This document shows, piece by piece, positions 38,101 through 47,264 of a DNA stretch of 64,000 nucleotides. The translations under genes were made by a program, and so were the position numbers. Position 1 is the first letter of the stretch. Each line of letters begins with the position of its first letter. A model generated the notes under the pieces. The model was not told the DNA's origin. It did not search any database and was given only the letters and a program-made list of their open reading frames with translations. The stretch comes from a virus (lineage: Duplodnaviria > Caudoviricetes): positions 1 to 64,000 of IMG/VR virus record IMGVR_UViG_2930438282_000001. One strand, 5' to 3'.

Positions 38101-38241
38101 TCAAATCGATGAGTTGAACGTCGTCGTCCGTACGACCGGACGCGCCGGGGACCGCCTCGTCGTCGGCGCGGGTCGGACGGTCATCGCGGGGATCTGGTTG
38201 GAACGCACCGTCAGCACGGGCGTCGGCAGGGTGGAGGCCAT
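38101..38241 (-). CDS. small hypothetical protein
   Basis: GAAAGGA RBS. Confidence 0.45.
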   Translation of the reverse strand: MASTLPTPVLTVRSNQIPAMTVRPAPTTRRSPARPVVRTTTFNSSI

Positions 38242-38322
38242 GCTCTGTCCTTTCGGGAGAAAGATGACGGCCCCGCCGCGACGGGGATGCACGGCGGGGC
38301 CTCGGAGAGAGTGTGGCACGCG

Positions 38323-38505
38323 TCAGGTGGGTGGCAGGCCGAGCTCTTCGAACTCGCGCTGTACGTCGGCGGGGTCCATGCGGCCCTCGGCCAGCTCGCA
38401 GATCAGGCACACGGCGTGCCACGCGTCGCCGGTGGTCACGCCTTTCAGCGCGGCTGATATCCGCTTGATCAGTTCGATGCGGTCGGCTGTGCGGGCGTCG
38501 CTCAT
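38323..38505 (-). CDS. small hypothetical protein
   Basis: Coupled start/stop overlap with the upstream gene. Confidence 0.6.
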   Translation of the reverse strand: MSDARTADRIELIKRISAALKGVTTGDAWHAVCLICELAEGRMDPADVQREFEELGLPPT

Positions 38506-38786
38506 CCGGTTTCCTCGGGCCCGCACCGGCATTCGTCGGCTGGCGCTCCCTGGCCGATCGCGCATGCACAGAAGATCGGGCCGAGTGGTCCGTCAACGGT
38601 CTCGCCGAAGCACATGTCGCACTCGCCCTCTTTCCATTCCCCGTCGCCTGGGCATTCGCATCCGCAGACGCAGCCCTGCCCACAGGAGCACTGACACATG
38701 CCTTCGCAGCAAGGCTCGGTGACGCCGAGAACGAGTTCACCGTCTTCGTCGTAGTCGGCACCCGGCACATAGCACTCGTCGATCAT
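38502..38786 (-). CDS. Cys-rich metallothionein-like small protein
   Basis: CC, CxCxC and CxCxCxC clusters. Confidence 0.65.
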   Translation of the reverse strand: MIDECYVPGADYDEDGELVLGVTEPCCEGMCQCSCGQGCVCGCECPGDGEWKEGECDMCFGETVDGPLGPIFCACAIGQGAPADECRCGPEETG

Positions 38787-38791
38787 GCGGA

Positions 38792-38941
38792 TCAGTCCTC
38801 TGGGGTCTCGGTCACGGTCAGGTTTGGCCGGTACTTACGGATTCGGCTGATCCGCTTCTCGGCAAAGTCGGGGGCGTTGGTGGTGAACTCGTCGAGGAAC
38901 GTGCCGTCCTCGTCCAGGACGCGGTAACGGATGAACTCCAC
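38792..38941 (-). CDS. 49-aa hypothetical protein
   Basis: AAGGAGG RBS, GTG start. Confidence 0.6.
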   Translation of the reverse strand: MEFIRYRVLDEDGTFLDEFTTNAPDFAEKRISRIRKYRPNLTVTETPED

Positions 38942-38961
38942 GTGGCCTCCTTTGGTAGCGG

Positions 38962-39210
38962 TTAGCGGCCCCAGCAGTTCGCGAGGACCAGGGCGAGGAA
39001 GAAGAGGACGGCCCAGATCCAGCCGGAGGGGAGGATGCCGTCGCCGCGGGCCTGGGTGTGTACGGCGCGGACGCCGTCGCCGGCGTCCGGGGCGAGTCCT
39101 CCGTGTGCGGTGCGGCGGTGCTCCACCCCGTCGTCCTCGGCGTCCGACCGGCGTTCGTGGCGCTTGGGCGAGACGGCGTTGCAGGACCGGCAGTAGTACT
39201 CGTGTGGCAT
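38962..39210 (-). CDS. Zn-finger plus C-terminal TM protein
   Basis: CRSC...HRRTAH and a hydrophobic tail. Confidence 0.7.
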   Translation of the reverse strand: MPHEYYCRSCNAVSPKRHERRSDAEDDGVEHRRTAHGGLAPDAGDGVRAVHTQARGDGILPSGWIWAVLFFLALVLANCWGR

Positions 39211-39281
39211 GGCGCGGTCCTTCCGGAGAGCGGGGTAGATCAGTCGTCTCCCGGGCGGGAGACGGATGGTAGACGTGCAGG

Positions 39282-39932
39282 TCAGACGGGCGGAGACGGG
39301 GCGGGAGATGAGGTGGGAGACGGAGCTCGGGAAGGGGCTTCGAGAGGGGCTCGACGCACCCCCCAGGTGGGAACTCCGGCCACCTTCACGTTGCGGTCGT
39401 GAGGGATACCGAGGGCGGTCAGACGAGTGCGCATATCCGTGACCGTGCGGCCCTGCCACTGGCCGTGCTTCTGGAGGTGGGCGAGGACGGTCTTCAGGTG
39501 GACCTTGTCGGCGTCGCCCATGACGTCCAGGAGGAGTCGTCGGACTGCCTCTCGCTCGCTTCCCGGAGCTACGCCGGCTGTCTTGCGGGCCGGAGCGGAA
39601 CGGCGCTCGATGACGGCGGCAGCGCGCTCCAAGATGTCGCCGGGGATGAAGGAGCCGACAGCGAGCAGCCACGCGAGGACGATGCCAGCGGCGACCCAAC
39701 CGCCGTAGAAGCCGATCGCCCACACGGCGACGACGTACAGCCCCCAGGAGACACCTGAGCCGAAGCGGGCAGCGATCCACTGACCAGGGCCGAGGAGCCC
39801 GGTGAGGATCGGGCCGTGAGCGGCGGCTGGCGCCTCCTCGTCGGGCTCCTCTTCGATCTCCTCGGCCTGCTCCGCTTCGGAGGGTTCTGGCTCGTCCTCG
39901 GTGGCGCGTTTCCGCAGGTTGAAGAAGCTCAC
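39282..39932 (-). CDS. two-TM membrane protein with winged-helix-like C-terminus
   Basis: Acidic N-terminus, 2 TMs, VHLKTVLAHL...GVPTWGVR. Confidence 0.75.
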   Translation of the reverse strand: MSFFNLRKRATEDEPEPSEAEQAEEIEEEPDEEAPAAAHGPILTGLLGPGQWIAARFGSGVSWGLYVVAVWAIGFYGGWVAAGIVLAWLLAVGSFIPGDILERAAAVIERRSAPARKTAGVAPGSEREAVRRLLLDVMGDADKVHLKTVLAHLQKHGQWQGRTVTDMRTRLTALGIPHDRNVKVAGVPTWGVRRAPLEAPSRAPSPTSSPAPSPPV

Positions 39933-40333
39933 GACAGGTTCGCCCCCAAGTGGGCCACGGAGTCGGAGACGTAGGACCAGGTGCCGCCGGCGCCGGCAGC
40001 GATGTACCAGAAGAAGATCCCGAGGATGCCGACCTGCTTGGTGGTGAGCTTCTTGAACAGGATGAAAAGCGCAGTGGCGAGGGCCAAGGCGGGCATCGTC
40101 ACACCGGGCAGAACGCCGTTGATCGTGCCGATGATGCTGCCGACGAAGTCGGGGACGATCTTGAAGATGCCTCCGGCAGCCTTGTACGACGATCCGGCGA
40201 GCATCGACAGGAACAGGGTCGGCCACCAGCCGAGGGGCCGCAGCTGACCGCCGCCGGGAATCCCGAAGATGAGCAGCACGGTGAGGACGAAGGCAAGGCC
40301 ACCCGGGCCGAGATTTCCGAAGACGCTGTGCAC
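39929..40333 (-). CDS. multi-TM membrane protein
   Basis: About four hydrophobic helices. Confidence 0.8.
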   Translation of the reverse strand: MHSVFGNLGPGGLAFVLTVLLIFGIPGGGQLRPLGWWPTLFLSMLAGSSYKAAGGIFKIVPDFVGSIIGTINGVLPGVTMPALALATALFILFKKLTTKQVGILGIFFWYIAAGAGGTWSYVSDSVAHLGANLS

Positions 40334-40349
40334 GGAGGGTCCTTCGGGG

Positions 40350-41030
40350 TTAGCGGCCAGTGCCGCTGTACAGCAGCACGCCGACGACGACGGATGAGAC
40401 AGGAATGGCGGCGGCGCAGGTGACGAGCCAGAGGCCCCGTTTCCGCCCGACGCGATAGAGGGCGATCGCACATACGCCGAAGACGTAGATCACGAACGCT
40501 GACGGGCTGGTCCAGTGCCCTGCCCCGTACCAGGCGGCAGTGCTGGTGGCCCAGTCGACGAGCCCGATCCGCCAGCCCACGCCGGCCGCCGCGAGATGGC
40601 AGCCGAGCCACTTCAGCCGGTAAGGGACGCCGGACCAGGCATCGACGAGAGCCTTACGCGGGTCAGAGGGCTTGGTGTCCCACGCCGACCGGGCCACGTC
40701 GGGCCCGGCCGGCTGCTTCCGACGGCGCCGCCTCTTTCGCGCCCTGCCCTTCCCCTTGCCCGGCTTGCGGCCCTCCTTCTTCGCGTTCCTCTCCGGGGCA
40801 GGCTCGGGATCCTCGTCGCCCGGGGCCTCGGCCGGTTCCTCGACCAGCTCAGGTGCGAGCTCGGCGGCCGACGTGGCGTTGCCGTCGAGGATGTTGTCGA
40901 GCCAGTCCCGCGGCCGCTGCTTCGGAATCGGAGGGATGACCGGCTGTTCGGCGTCCGGGCCGACGCCTCTCTGCTTCAGGAGTTTGGCGACACGGAGCTC
41001 GTCCGCGCCGGGTGTCGTACCGCCCATCAC
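40350..41030 (-). CDS. membrane protein with charged N-terminus (Spd-like)
   Basis: Acidic/basic low-complexity N-terminus and three C-terminal TMs. Confidence 0.75.
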   Translation of the reverse strand: MMGGTTPGADELRVAKLLKQRGVGPDAEQPVIPPIPKQRPRDWLDNILDGNATSAAELAPELVEEPAEAPGDEDPEPAPERNAKKEGRKPGKGKGRARKRRRRRKQPAGPDVARSAWDTKPSDPRKALVDAWSGVPYRLKWLGCHLAAAGVGWRIGLVDWATSTAAWYGAGHWTSPSAFVIYVFGVCAIALYRVGRKRGLWLVTCAAAIPVSSVVVGVLLYSGTGR

Positions 41031-41476
41031 ACACCCCGCCCAGAGTTGTCGGACGGCGTGGGACGCGCGGAGGGGCCGGTCCTACCGGCGGGAAGCAGCG
41101 GGTACGACCGCGGAAGGCCGGTCGTGTCGTCGGGTGCGACCGTCGGACGCGGGGTCATGTGACCCGTCATACCGGTGTGATCAACCGTCGTCGGCATCCA
41201 GTACGCCTCAGGGACCGTCGTCTGCATGGAGCCGCGCTCGGGCGCCTGAGCTGGGTCATACCGTGTGAGGAAGTAGCGTGCGATCGTCGGACGCACGCCG
41301 TGCGGGAGCGTGGTGTGCTCCCACGCCTTCCGGTAGGTGCCAGCGACGATGCGCAGCGCGGATCGTACGGCGTCCGACACCGTCATACCGGTGGCAAGCA
41401 TCGTCGTCAGATCGTCGTACAGTGCTTGATCAACTTTGACGGAGGCGTTCTTACCGACGGGCGGTGGCGTGGACAC
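41027..41476 (-). CDS. ribbon-helix-helix-like protein
   Basis: ASVKVDQALYDDL...TVSDAVRSAL. Confidence 0.6.
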   Translation of the reverse strand: MSTPPPVGKNASVKVDQALYDDLTTMLATGMTVSDAVRSALRIVAGTYRKAWEHTTLPHGVRPTIARYFLTRYDPAQAPERGSMQTTVPEAYWMPTTVDHTGMTGHMTPRPTVAPDDTTGLPRSYPLLPAGRTGPSARPTPSDNSGRGV

Positions 41477-41499
41477 GGTGTGACTCCTGGTGTGACGGG

Positions 41500-42999
41500 T
41501 CAGCGGACGGGCAGGGCGATTTGCAGGGTGTCCTCGGTGTCCGGATCGATCAGCTTGGCGACGGGGATCGTCACGGTGTCGTCGTCAGGCAGCTCCGCCT
41601 TCGCGAGCCGGATAGTGGGCACGGCATCCGGCCCGGCCGCAGCGACCTCGACCGCGTCGCGCGTGCCCCACTTGCTGACCTTCCAGCAAGTGACCATCGC
41701 GTACAGGTGCATGGGCCGGAGGACGAACATCCGCCACAGGCCGGCCAAGGGCGCCAGGACCACGAGCCAGATGTGGAAGGCGAGCGGCTCGTCGTCGCGG
41801 GCGACCATGAGGAACCGCAGCGCGATCAGCCAGTTCATAAGCAGCGCGACCAGGAGCACCGACCAGATCAGCGTGCCGGCGTGCGCGCGCTGGACGGGGT
41901 CGGTGATGAGGGCGACGGGGATGACGATCGAGAGGAGCAGCTGCAGGAGCTCGGCGACGGGCATCCAGAATCCGGCGCCGGTGACGGGCATGTACTTGAC
42001 CCACCAGAAGGTGCGGACGAACGTGCCGCGCATCCAGCGCATGGACTGGTTGCGGTAGTGCTTCCAGGTCTCCGGGACCAGGGTGAACACGATGCTGGAC
42101 GGCTGGTGCACGGTGTCGCCTTCGAGCATCGCGTACATCGTGAGCATCGAGTCGTCGTTCATCTGCATGGGCTGGCCGAGGAACTCCTCGTTCTCGTAGA
42201 TACCGGCGTACTTGCGGACGACGTTGCCGTCGTAGAAGGCGAGGGTGCCGCTGTTGACCATGACCCGCTTGAGAACGGACTGGGCTGAGCGGAAGCCGCG
42301 GGTGAACGGGGTGTAGAGGATGCACAGCATCCGCGTGAGCAGGTTTGTCCGTGAGTTGAGGACGATCACGCATCCGGCGACGGACTTGACCTTGGCGTCC
42401 TTGAACGGCTTGAGGCCCTCGGCGACTGCCTCGCGGTCGAGGACGGAATCGGAGTCGAGGGTGACGAAGATGTCGCCCGGGTCGTCGGTGAGGACGTGCA
42501 TCTGCGCGTGCCTCTTGCCGCGGTTCACGGTCCGGTCCCACGTGGCGTAGATGCCGCGGCGTCGCGCCTCGTTGAGGAACCATGCCTTCGTCGCCGGGTA
42601 GGTGATCTGCGTCCCGGAGTCCTTGTCCTCACTGCCGTCGTCGACGACCCGGATCCGGTCGACCGGCCTGCTCTGGTCGAACACGGACTGCAGGCAGGCC
42701 CGGAGCGCCGGCTCGTCCTCGTTGTAGACGGGAACCTGGACAGTGACGACGAGGGTGTCGAGGCGGCGCTGCTGCCGCTCGGTCGCTGTGATCGGTTTCT
42801 CCATCCAGCAGAGCGGGATCCACCAGAGCAGCAGGAAGGAGACGAGCCACGCGAAGGCCATGCTGTTGCCGTGGCCGGTGAAGGCCACGGCCGTGGCGAT
42901 GGCGTGCTCGATGGCCCACAGGGCGGCACCGAGCAGCGGCACCGAAGCGAGAACGATGTTCCGTCTGTTGCCTGCCCACCAGGCGTGCGGGGCGGCCAT
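41500..42999 (-). CDS. processive GT2 glycosyltransferase (hyaluronan synthase/NodC-like)
   Basis: VPVYNE, VDDGS, GKRHA, TLDSD, NDD, QSMRW motifs and flanking TMs. Confidence 0.93.
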   Translation of the reverse strand: MAAPHAWWAGNRRNIVLASVPLLGAALWAIEHAIATAVAFTGHGNSMAFAWLVSFLLLWWIPLCWMEKPITATERQQRRLDTLVVTVQVPVYNEDEPALRACLQSVFDQSRPVDRIRVVDDGSEDKDSGTQITYPATKAWFLNEARRRGIYATWDRTVNRGKRHAQMHVLTDDPGDIFVTLDSDSVLDREAVAEGLKPFKDAKVKSVAGCVIVLNSRTNLLTRMLCILYTPFTRGFRSAQSVLKRVMVNSGTLAFYDGNVVRKYAGIYENEEFLGQPMQMNDDSMLTMYAMLEGDTVHQPSSIVFTLVPETWKHYRNQSMRWMRGTFVRTFWWVKYMPVTGAGFWMPVAELLQLLLSIVIPVALITDPVQRAHAGTLIWSVLLVALLMNWLIALRFLMVARDDEPLAFHIWLVVLAPLAGLWRMFVLRPMHLYAMVTCWKVSKWGTRDAVEVAAAGPDAVPTIRLAKAELPDDDTVTIPVAKLIDPDTEDTLQIALPVR

Positions 43000-43160
43000 C
43001 AGACGTCGCTCGGGGTCTTGCCGCGGCGGAAGCCGAAGCGGACGCAGAGAGCGCCGACGAGGACGAGGCCGGCGGCGGCGCCGACGAGCCAGACCTGGTC
43101 GAGGACGACGCCGCCGATGGTGAGGGTGGCGCCGGTAGCGGCAAGAGAGCCGTAGTGCAT
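42999..43160 (-). CDS. 53-aa membrane peptide coupled to the GT2
   Basis: MHYGSLAATG...TM...RRGK; TGATG overlap; AGGAG RBS. Confidence 0.75.
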   Translation of the reverse strand: MHYGSLAATGATLTIGGVVLDQVWLVGAAAGLVLVGALCVRFGFRRGKTPSDV

Positions 43161-43248
43161 GGGTTGGTACTCCTGGATCGATCTATCGGGTGGGTGGTGC
43201 CGGGTCCGCAGTCGCGGGGAGACGCGCGGACCCGGCGGTCTGGGTGGG

Positions 43249-43449
43249 CTATTTGCGTGCCTGGCGGATGGCCGCGACGACGCTCGTGGTGAGGACGGTC
43301 AGGAAGAGGAGCGTCGACGAGCAGTCACTCGCGGGCTGGTTGTCGTACGAGGCGCGGTCCTGGACCTCGCGCATGGAGCGGCCGCGTTGCCGGTCGTGAT
43401 GACGGTCGCTGCGGGGGCGGTGCCATTCCCCGCCGAAGGTGTCCGGCAT
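43249..43449 (-). CDS. small C-terminal TM protein
   Basis: Hydrophobic C-terminus; coupled to the upstream gene. Confidence 0.6.
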   Translation of the reverse strand: MPDTFGGEWHRPRSDRHHDRQRGRSMREVQDRASYDNQPASDCSSTLLFLTVLTTSVVAAIRQARK

Positions 43450-43622
43450 CAGCGGCGCGCCCTTGCTTCCTGGGCGGCGAGGGTGGCACGGACGTCGGCG
43501 CCGGCCGCATAGTCGCCGGCGCAGTTCTCGACTGTGGCCGCCTCGGCCAGGATCGGATTCGGGCGCGGCGCAAGGGGCGCGGGGGTGGGCTGGGGTAATG
43601 GCTGATCGGTACGCTCAGTCAT
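43449..43622 (-). CDS. 57-aa protein with a TTA codon at Leu9
   Basis: MTERTDQPL...; first gene of the cassette. Confidence 0.6.
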   Translation of the reverse strand: MTERTDQPLPQPTPAPLAPRPNPILAEAATVENCAGDYAAGADVRATLAAQEARARR

Positions 43623-43727
43623 GCCTGCCTGCTTCGTGGAGTTGAAGGTGGGCGCCCCGGCCCATATGGAGTGGCGACTCCGGGCCGGGGCTTGTTGTTG
43701 GAAGAGACCGGGGTGGCCTCCAGAGCC

Positions 43728-43773
43728 AAGCTAAACCCCGGGGTTGAGGCGGCGCAACCCCGGGGTTTAGGCT
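43728..43773. promoter_or_regulatory. overlapping divergent promoters with twin palindromic operators
   Basis: CTAAACCCCGGGGTTG-N8-CAACCCCGGGGTTTAG; + TTGAGG-N18-TAGGCT; - TTGCGC-N18-TAGCTT. Confidence 0.75.
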
Positions 43774-43806
43774 CATGTCGGCCGCACCGCAGGAAGGAGC
43801 GCGGGA

Positions 43807-44118
43807 GTGGCAGACGAACCCCAGCAGCCTGAGGAGGTGCAGCGCCTGGTGGAAGCCATCAAGGCGTTCGAGGCCATCGAGGACGACGAGGCGTGCGCCG
43901 TCGCCGTGTCACAGGCGCTGAAGGACTGGCCCGACCACCAGGTCGCCCTCCGGGAACTGCGCCAGCAACGCGTCCAAGCGCTGAAGGCTCAGGGCAAGAC
44001 CTGGGAGGAGATCGGCCGGCTCCTTGGCGGGATCACCGCTGCACGCGCCCAGCAGATCGGGGCGGGCGTGAGCGGGGCACAGCGACGCAAGGCCGCCAAG
44101 CAGGAGACCGCGGAGTAA
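43807..44118 (+). CDS. small HTH repressor
   Basis: GKTWEEIGRLLGGITAARAQQI; divergent from the cassette. Confidence 0.85.
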   Translation: MADEPQQPEEVQRLVEAIKAFEAIEDDEACAVAVSQALKDWPDHQVALRELRQQRVQALKAQGKTWEEIGRLLGGITAARAQQIGAGVSGAQRRKAAKQETAE

Positions 44119-44120
44119 CA

Positions 44121-44609
44121 GTGGACGATCTCGTGAAGTGGTTCGGCGCCCAGCTCGACGAGGATGAGCGGATCGCGCGGGCGGCCTCCTGGACTGATGA
44201 CGCGAACGCCTGGCACGCCGAGCCTTCGCCCTTCGGTGCCCGGGATGCGGGACAGCGCTGGTACATCGAGGACGCGATAGACGACGGTGTGGTCTCGCAC
44301 GTCGATCCGGCCGCCTCCGACCATGAGGGCGTTGCGCGGCACATCGCGGAGTGGGATCCGGCGCGGGTGCTGCGCGAGATCGATTCGAAGCGCCGCGTCC
44401 TCGGCGTGTACGCCTCCGCCCTCAAGGACCGTGCAGCGCTCCGTGACCGTATGCGTGAAGTGGTCGATTCGGATCCGGACGAGTTCTACCGACTCCACCG
44501 TCAGGAGAGCGATCTCATTGGGCGGGCGCGGCAGCTGGGTCCGATAGTGCGCCTGCTCGCGCTGCCGTACGCGGACCGGCCGGGCTACCTCGACGACTGG
44601 AGACTGTGA
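44121..44609 (+). CDS. DUF6221-like protein
   Basis: HIAEWDPARVLREI...LALPYADRPGY. Confidence 0.85.
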   Translation: MDDLVKWFGAQLDEDERIARAASWTDDANAWHAEPSPFGARDAGQRWYIEDAIDDGVVSHVDPAASDHEGVARHIAEWDPARVLREIDSKRRVLGVYASALKDRAALRDRMREVVDSDPDEFYRLHRQESDLIGRARQLGPIVRLLALPYADRPGYLDDWRL

Positions 44610-44612
44610 GCC

Positions 44613-45263
44613 GTGGCCATAGAAATGGGAGACTGGGCCGGTTGGGTAGGCGGGGTCGCCGGCGTTGCCGCCTTCGTGACGAGCATCTTCGGCGTTGTGA
44701 AGTCGAGCGACGCGAATCGGATCGCTCGGCAGGCGAACGCCAAGAGCGACCAGTCGAACAACATCGCCCGCGAATCTAACGACCTTGCCACCGAAGCTAA
44801 CCAGATCGCCGAGGCGGCGAACGGCATTGCCCGAGAGGCAAATGACCTCGCTCACCGCCAGGAACGACGCAGCACCGAGAGCCATGCCGTGCAATGGGAC
44901 GGCAGCTGGATCGGACCCGGGCAGTTTGCCCTTGACTGTCGTGGATCGAGCGTTGCGTGGAATGTTGTTGCCCGTGTGACCGTCGACGGCGAGGAGGCCG
45001 TAGTCGAGCGCGAGCGAGTCGTAGCCCCCGACCGTCTCATCTTTGACTTCCCCGCGGCCCGTCGCGCGTTGGAACGAGAGAGGCGGGAATACGCCGAGGC
45101 TCGGCGCGCCAGCTCATCCGCGCTATACGGTGCGGTGGTCGTGGACGAACTGCGCTTCCGAAACCACAGCATCGAGGAGTGGGTGCATTGGAAGACGGAG
45201 ACATCAGCGCCGAAGGAGCACCACGAAGTGTGGCGCCTAGCCACACTAGGTGACCTTGGCTAG
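44613..45263 (+). CDS. membrane-anchored hypothetical protein with heptad repeats
   Basis: TM helix followed by AN.IA.EAN repeats. Confidence 0.75.
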   Translation: MAIEMGDWAGWVGGVAGVAAFVTSIFGVVKSSDANRIARQANAKSDQSNNIARESNDLATEANQIAEAANGIAREANDLAHRQERRSTESHAVQWDGSWIGPGQFALDCRGSSVAWNVVARVTVDGEEAVVERERVVAPDRLIFDFPAARRALERERREYAEARRASSSALYGAVVVDELRFRNHSIEEWVHWKTETSAPKEHHEVWRLATLGDLG

Positions 45264-45333
45264 GGGGCGGCAGGCATCCGTCTGTGGCAGCCCGTGAAGC
45301 CCCGCGGTGTCCCGGTGTCCGGGGCGGACTCCA

Positions 45334-45355
45334 TGTCAGTGCTCCGGGCTATGGT
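45334..45355 (+). promoter_or_regulatory. RecA-NDp/PafBC-like promoter motif TGTCAGTG-N8-TATGGT
   Basis: Consensus match 7 nt before ATG 45363. Confidence 0.55.
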
Positions 45356-45362
45356 CCAAGAC

Positions 45363-45848
45363 ATGAATTGGGGAAATGCGCCCGCATGGACGGCGCTTGT
45401 GCTTTCGGGTGGTGCCTTGTGGGTCAGCATCAAGGCGCGTGGGGATGGCAAGAGGTCGGCTGACGCTGCAGCTACGTCGGCATCGGCCTCGGTCCGCTCG
45501 GCCGTGGCTGCGGAAGGGGCGCTGGCTCTGCAGCAGCAAGAGACTGCGGAGCGGCGCGCGGCCGAGGCTGAAGCTGCGCGACCGCGGCCGTCGCTCGTTG
45601 TGAAGCACTTCGAGAAGCAGCTGTACCACTTGATCAATGAGGGCCATGCTCCAGCGGAAGACGTCAGGTTCGCTGGTGAGTTGCCGGCATCAGTGATGGA
45701 CGCACCCGTCGGAGTCACGCTCGGTCCGGGCGATGTGCATCCGTTTTTCATCGCGCCGGACTTCGACTCGCCCAGCATTGCGGTGCTCAAGGTCTCGTGG
45801 GAGGGGCTGGACGAGCCGGTGTCGCTTCGGGTTCCGTCGGCACGCTGA
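45363..45848 (+). CDS. membrane-anchored hypothetical protein
   Basis: MNWGNAPAW TM helix plus coiled coil. Confidence 0.75.
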   Translation: MNWGNAPAWTALVLSGGALWVSIKARGDGKRSADAAATSASASVRSAVAAEGALALQQQETAERRAAEAEAARPRPSLVVKHFEKQLYHLINEGHAPAEDVRFAGELPASVMDAPVGVTLGPGDVHPFFIAPDFDSPSIAVLKVSWEGLDEPVSLRVPSAR

Positions 45849-45932
45849 ACTCGCACGCCATCACCTCCTCAAAACCTTCACAAGCTGACGTGTCGTGAGC
45901 CACACTGGTTCACTCAGATTTGAGGGGGGACG

Positions 45933-46247
45933 ATGAGCAATCCGTACATCAATGCGCCTATCCGGGCCCGCATGTACTCATCCACGCTGCACAAGGTGAT
46001 CTGGGTCGTCGTCGTTGTGGCGTCAGCCGGCCTGCTGGCGCCTCCGTTGTTCTTCATCGCGGCGAAGAAGCGGGTCGTCGCCATGTACGTGCCTGCGCTC
46101 TACGCCGTGTTCGCCTGGGGGACGCCGATCGTCGCGTCCATCGTCGGAAACGCAAAGAACTGGTCAGGCGGCGTACTGGCGTTCACGATGATCACCGCGG
46201 CCGTCCACGCGGCAATCCTGGACATCGACTGGAAGTCCGGTCGGTAG
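45933..46247 (+). CDS. small multi-TM protein
   Basis: Three hydrophobic helices, GAGGGG RBS. Confidence 0.7.
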   Translation: MSNPYINAPIRARMYSSTLHKVIWVVVVVASAGLLAPPLFFIAAKKRVVAMYVPALYAVFAWGTPIVASIVGNAKNWSGGVLAFTMITAAVHAAILDIDWKSGR

Positions 46248-46680
46248 ACCGGAGAGGGGGCTGTCGTGATTGGGCTTGCGATCTCGATGGTGCGGCTGAC
46301 GCTGCGCCTGACCTTCGGGATGATCGACATGATGTTCTGGGCGTGCACTCTTGGGAAGGTCGATCCGCGGACGCGCAGGTTCGTGTGAAGCGCTGACCTT
46401 TCGTGGCCCAGGCGGGTTCCCGTATCCCGACGGCTGCCGTCGCAACCGGCTCTTCCGGGTCACCGCGCTCAGAGTGCCAGAACGCCTGAGGGCCCGGCCG
46501 GTCTCATCCCGGTCGGGCCCTCAGAGTTTGTGCGCCGCCCGGCTGTTCGCCGACTGTTCTCGGGTACCCGGGTTTCCTCCGGGCAGACGGGTGGCTGGTG
46601 CGGGGTCTCGTATCCCAACGCCACGTCCGTCCACGAGACCCCGCCAGCTCAGGATGCCAGAAGATCGGGGTCGGCCCGTG

Positions 46681-46956
46681 TCAGTAGACCGTCACCTCGA
46701 TGGGCACCTCCTTCGGTGTCTCCTCCTTGTATGTGACCACTCGCACTAGGTGTGCCGGAACGATGTGTACGGAGTATGTGCTCTGACCGGGATAGGAGGG
46801 CTCTCCGTTGCGTCGGGGGTCGATGTGGAGGAAGCCGCCGTCCACGGCGACGCGGGCGTTGTCGAGGTGGTCGAGGAGCTGGCTCGCGGACTGAGGGTTG
46901 GGGACGAGCTTGTCGTTCAAGGTGACGTCGGCAAGGCGCCATTTCAGAGTGCTCAT
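46681..46956 (-). CDS. hypothetical protein
   Basis: AAGGA RBS. Confidence 0.65.
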   Translation of the reverse strand: MSTLKWRLADVTLNDKLVPNPQSASQLLDHLDNARVAVDGGFLHIDPRRNGEPSYPGQSTYSVHIVPAHLVRVVTYKEETPKEVPIEVTVY

Positions 46957-46998
46957 GGTGTGATCCTTGTGCAGTTGGAGCTGTGCAGTGCGGTGCCG

Positions 46999-47190
46999 TC
47001 AGAATGCGATGAGCTTGCGGGAGCGAGGTCTGCCGTCGCTCGGGTCGAGTTCTTGGGCGGCGTGAAGGGCGTCGTCGATAAGGTGTCGTGCCTCGCTAGC
47101 TCCAGATGTGTCGACGCCGGTGTCTTGCAAGGCCTGCGCAAGGTCGCGGAGCAGTCTCGCAAGACGTATGGGGTCGTCGGCGTAGGGCAT
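46999..47190 (-). CDS. small hypothetical protein
   Basis: AAGGAG RBS. Confidence 0.6.
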   Translation of the reverse strand: MPYADDPIRLARLLRDLAQALQDTGVDTSGASEARHLIDDALHAAQELDPSDGRPRSRKLIAF

Positions 47191-47264
47191 TGATCTCCTT
47201 GTCATTGAGGGTGTGGAGCAGCGCCCGCCCGAGATGGGCGGGCGCCGTAGGGGATGCTGGCTCG

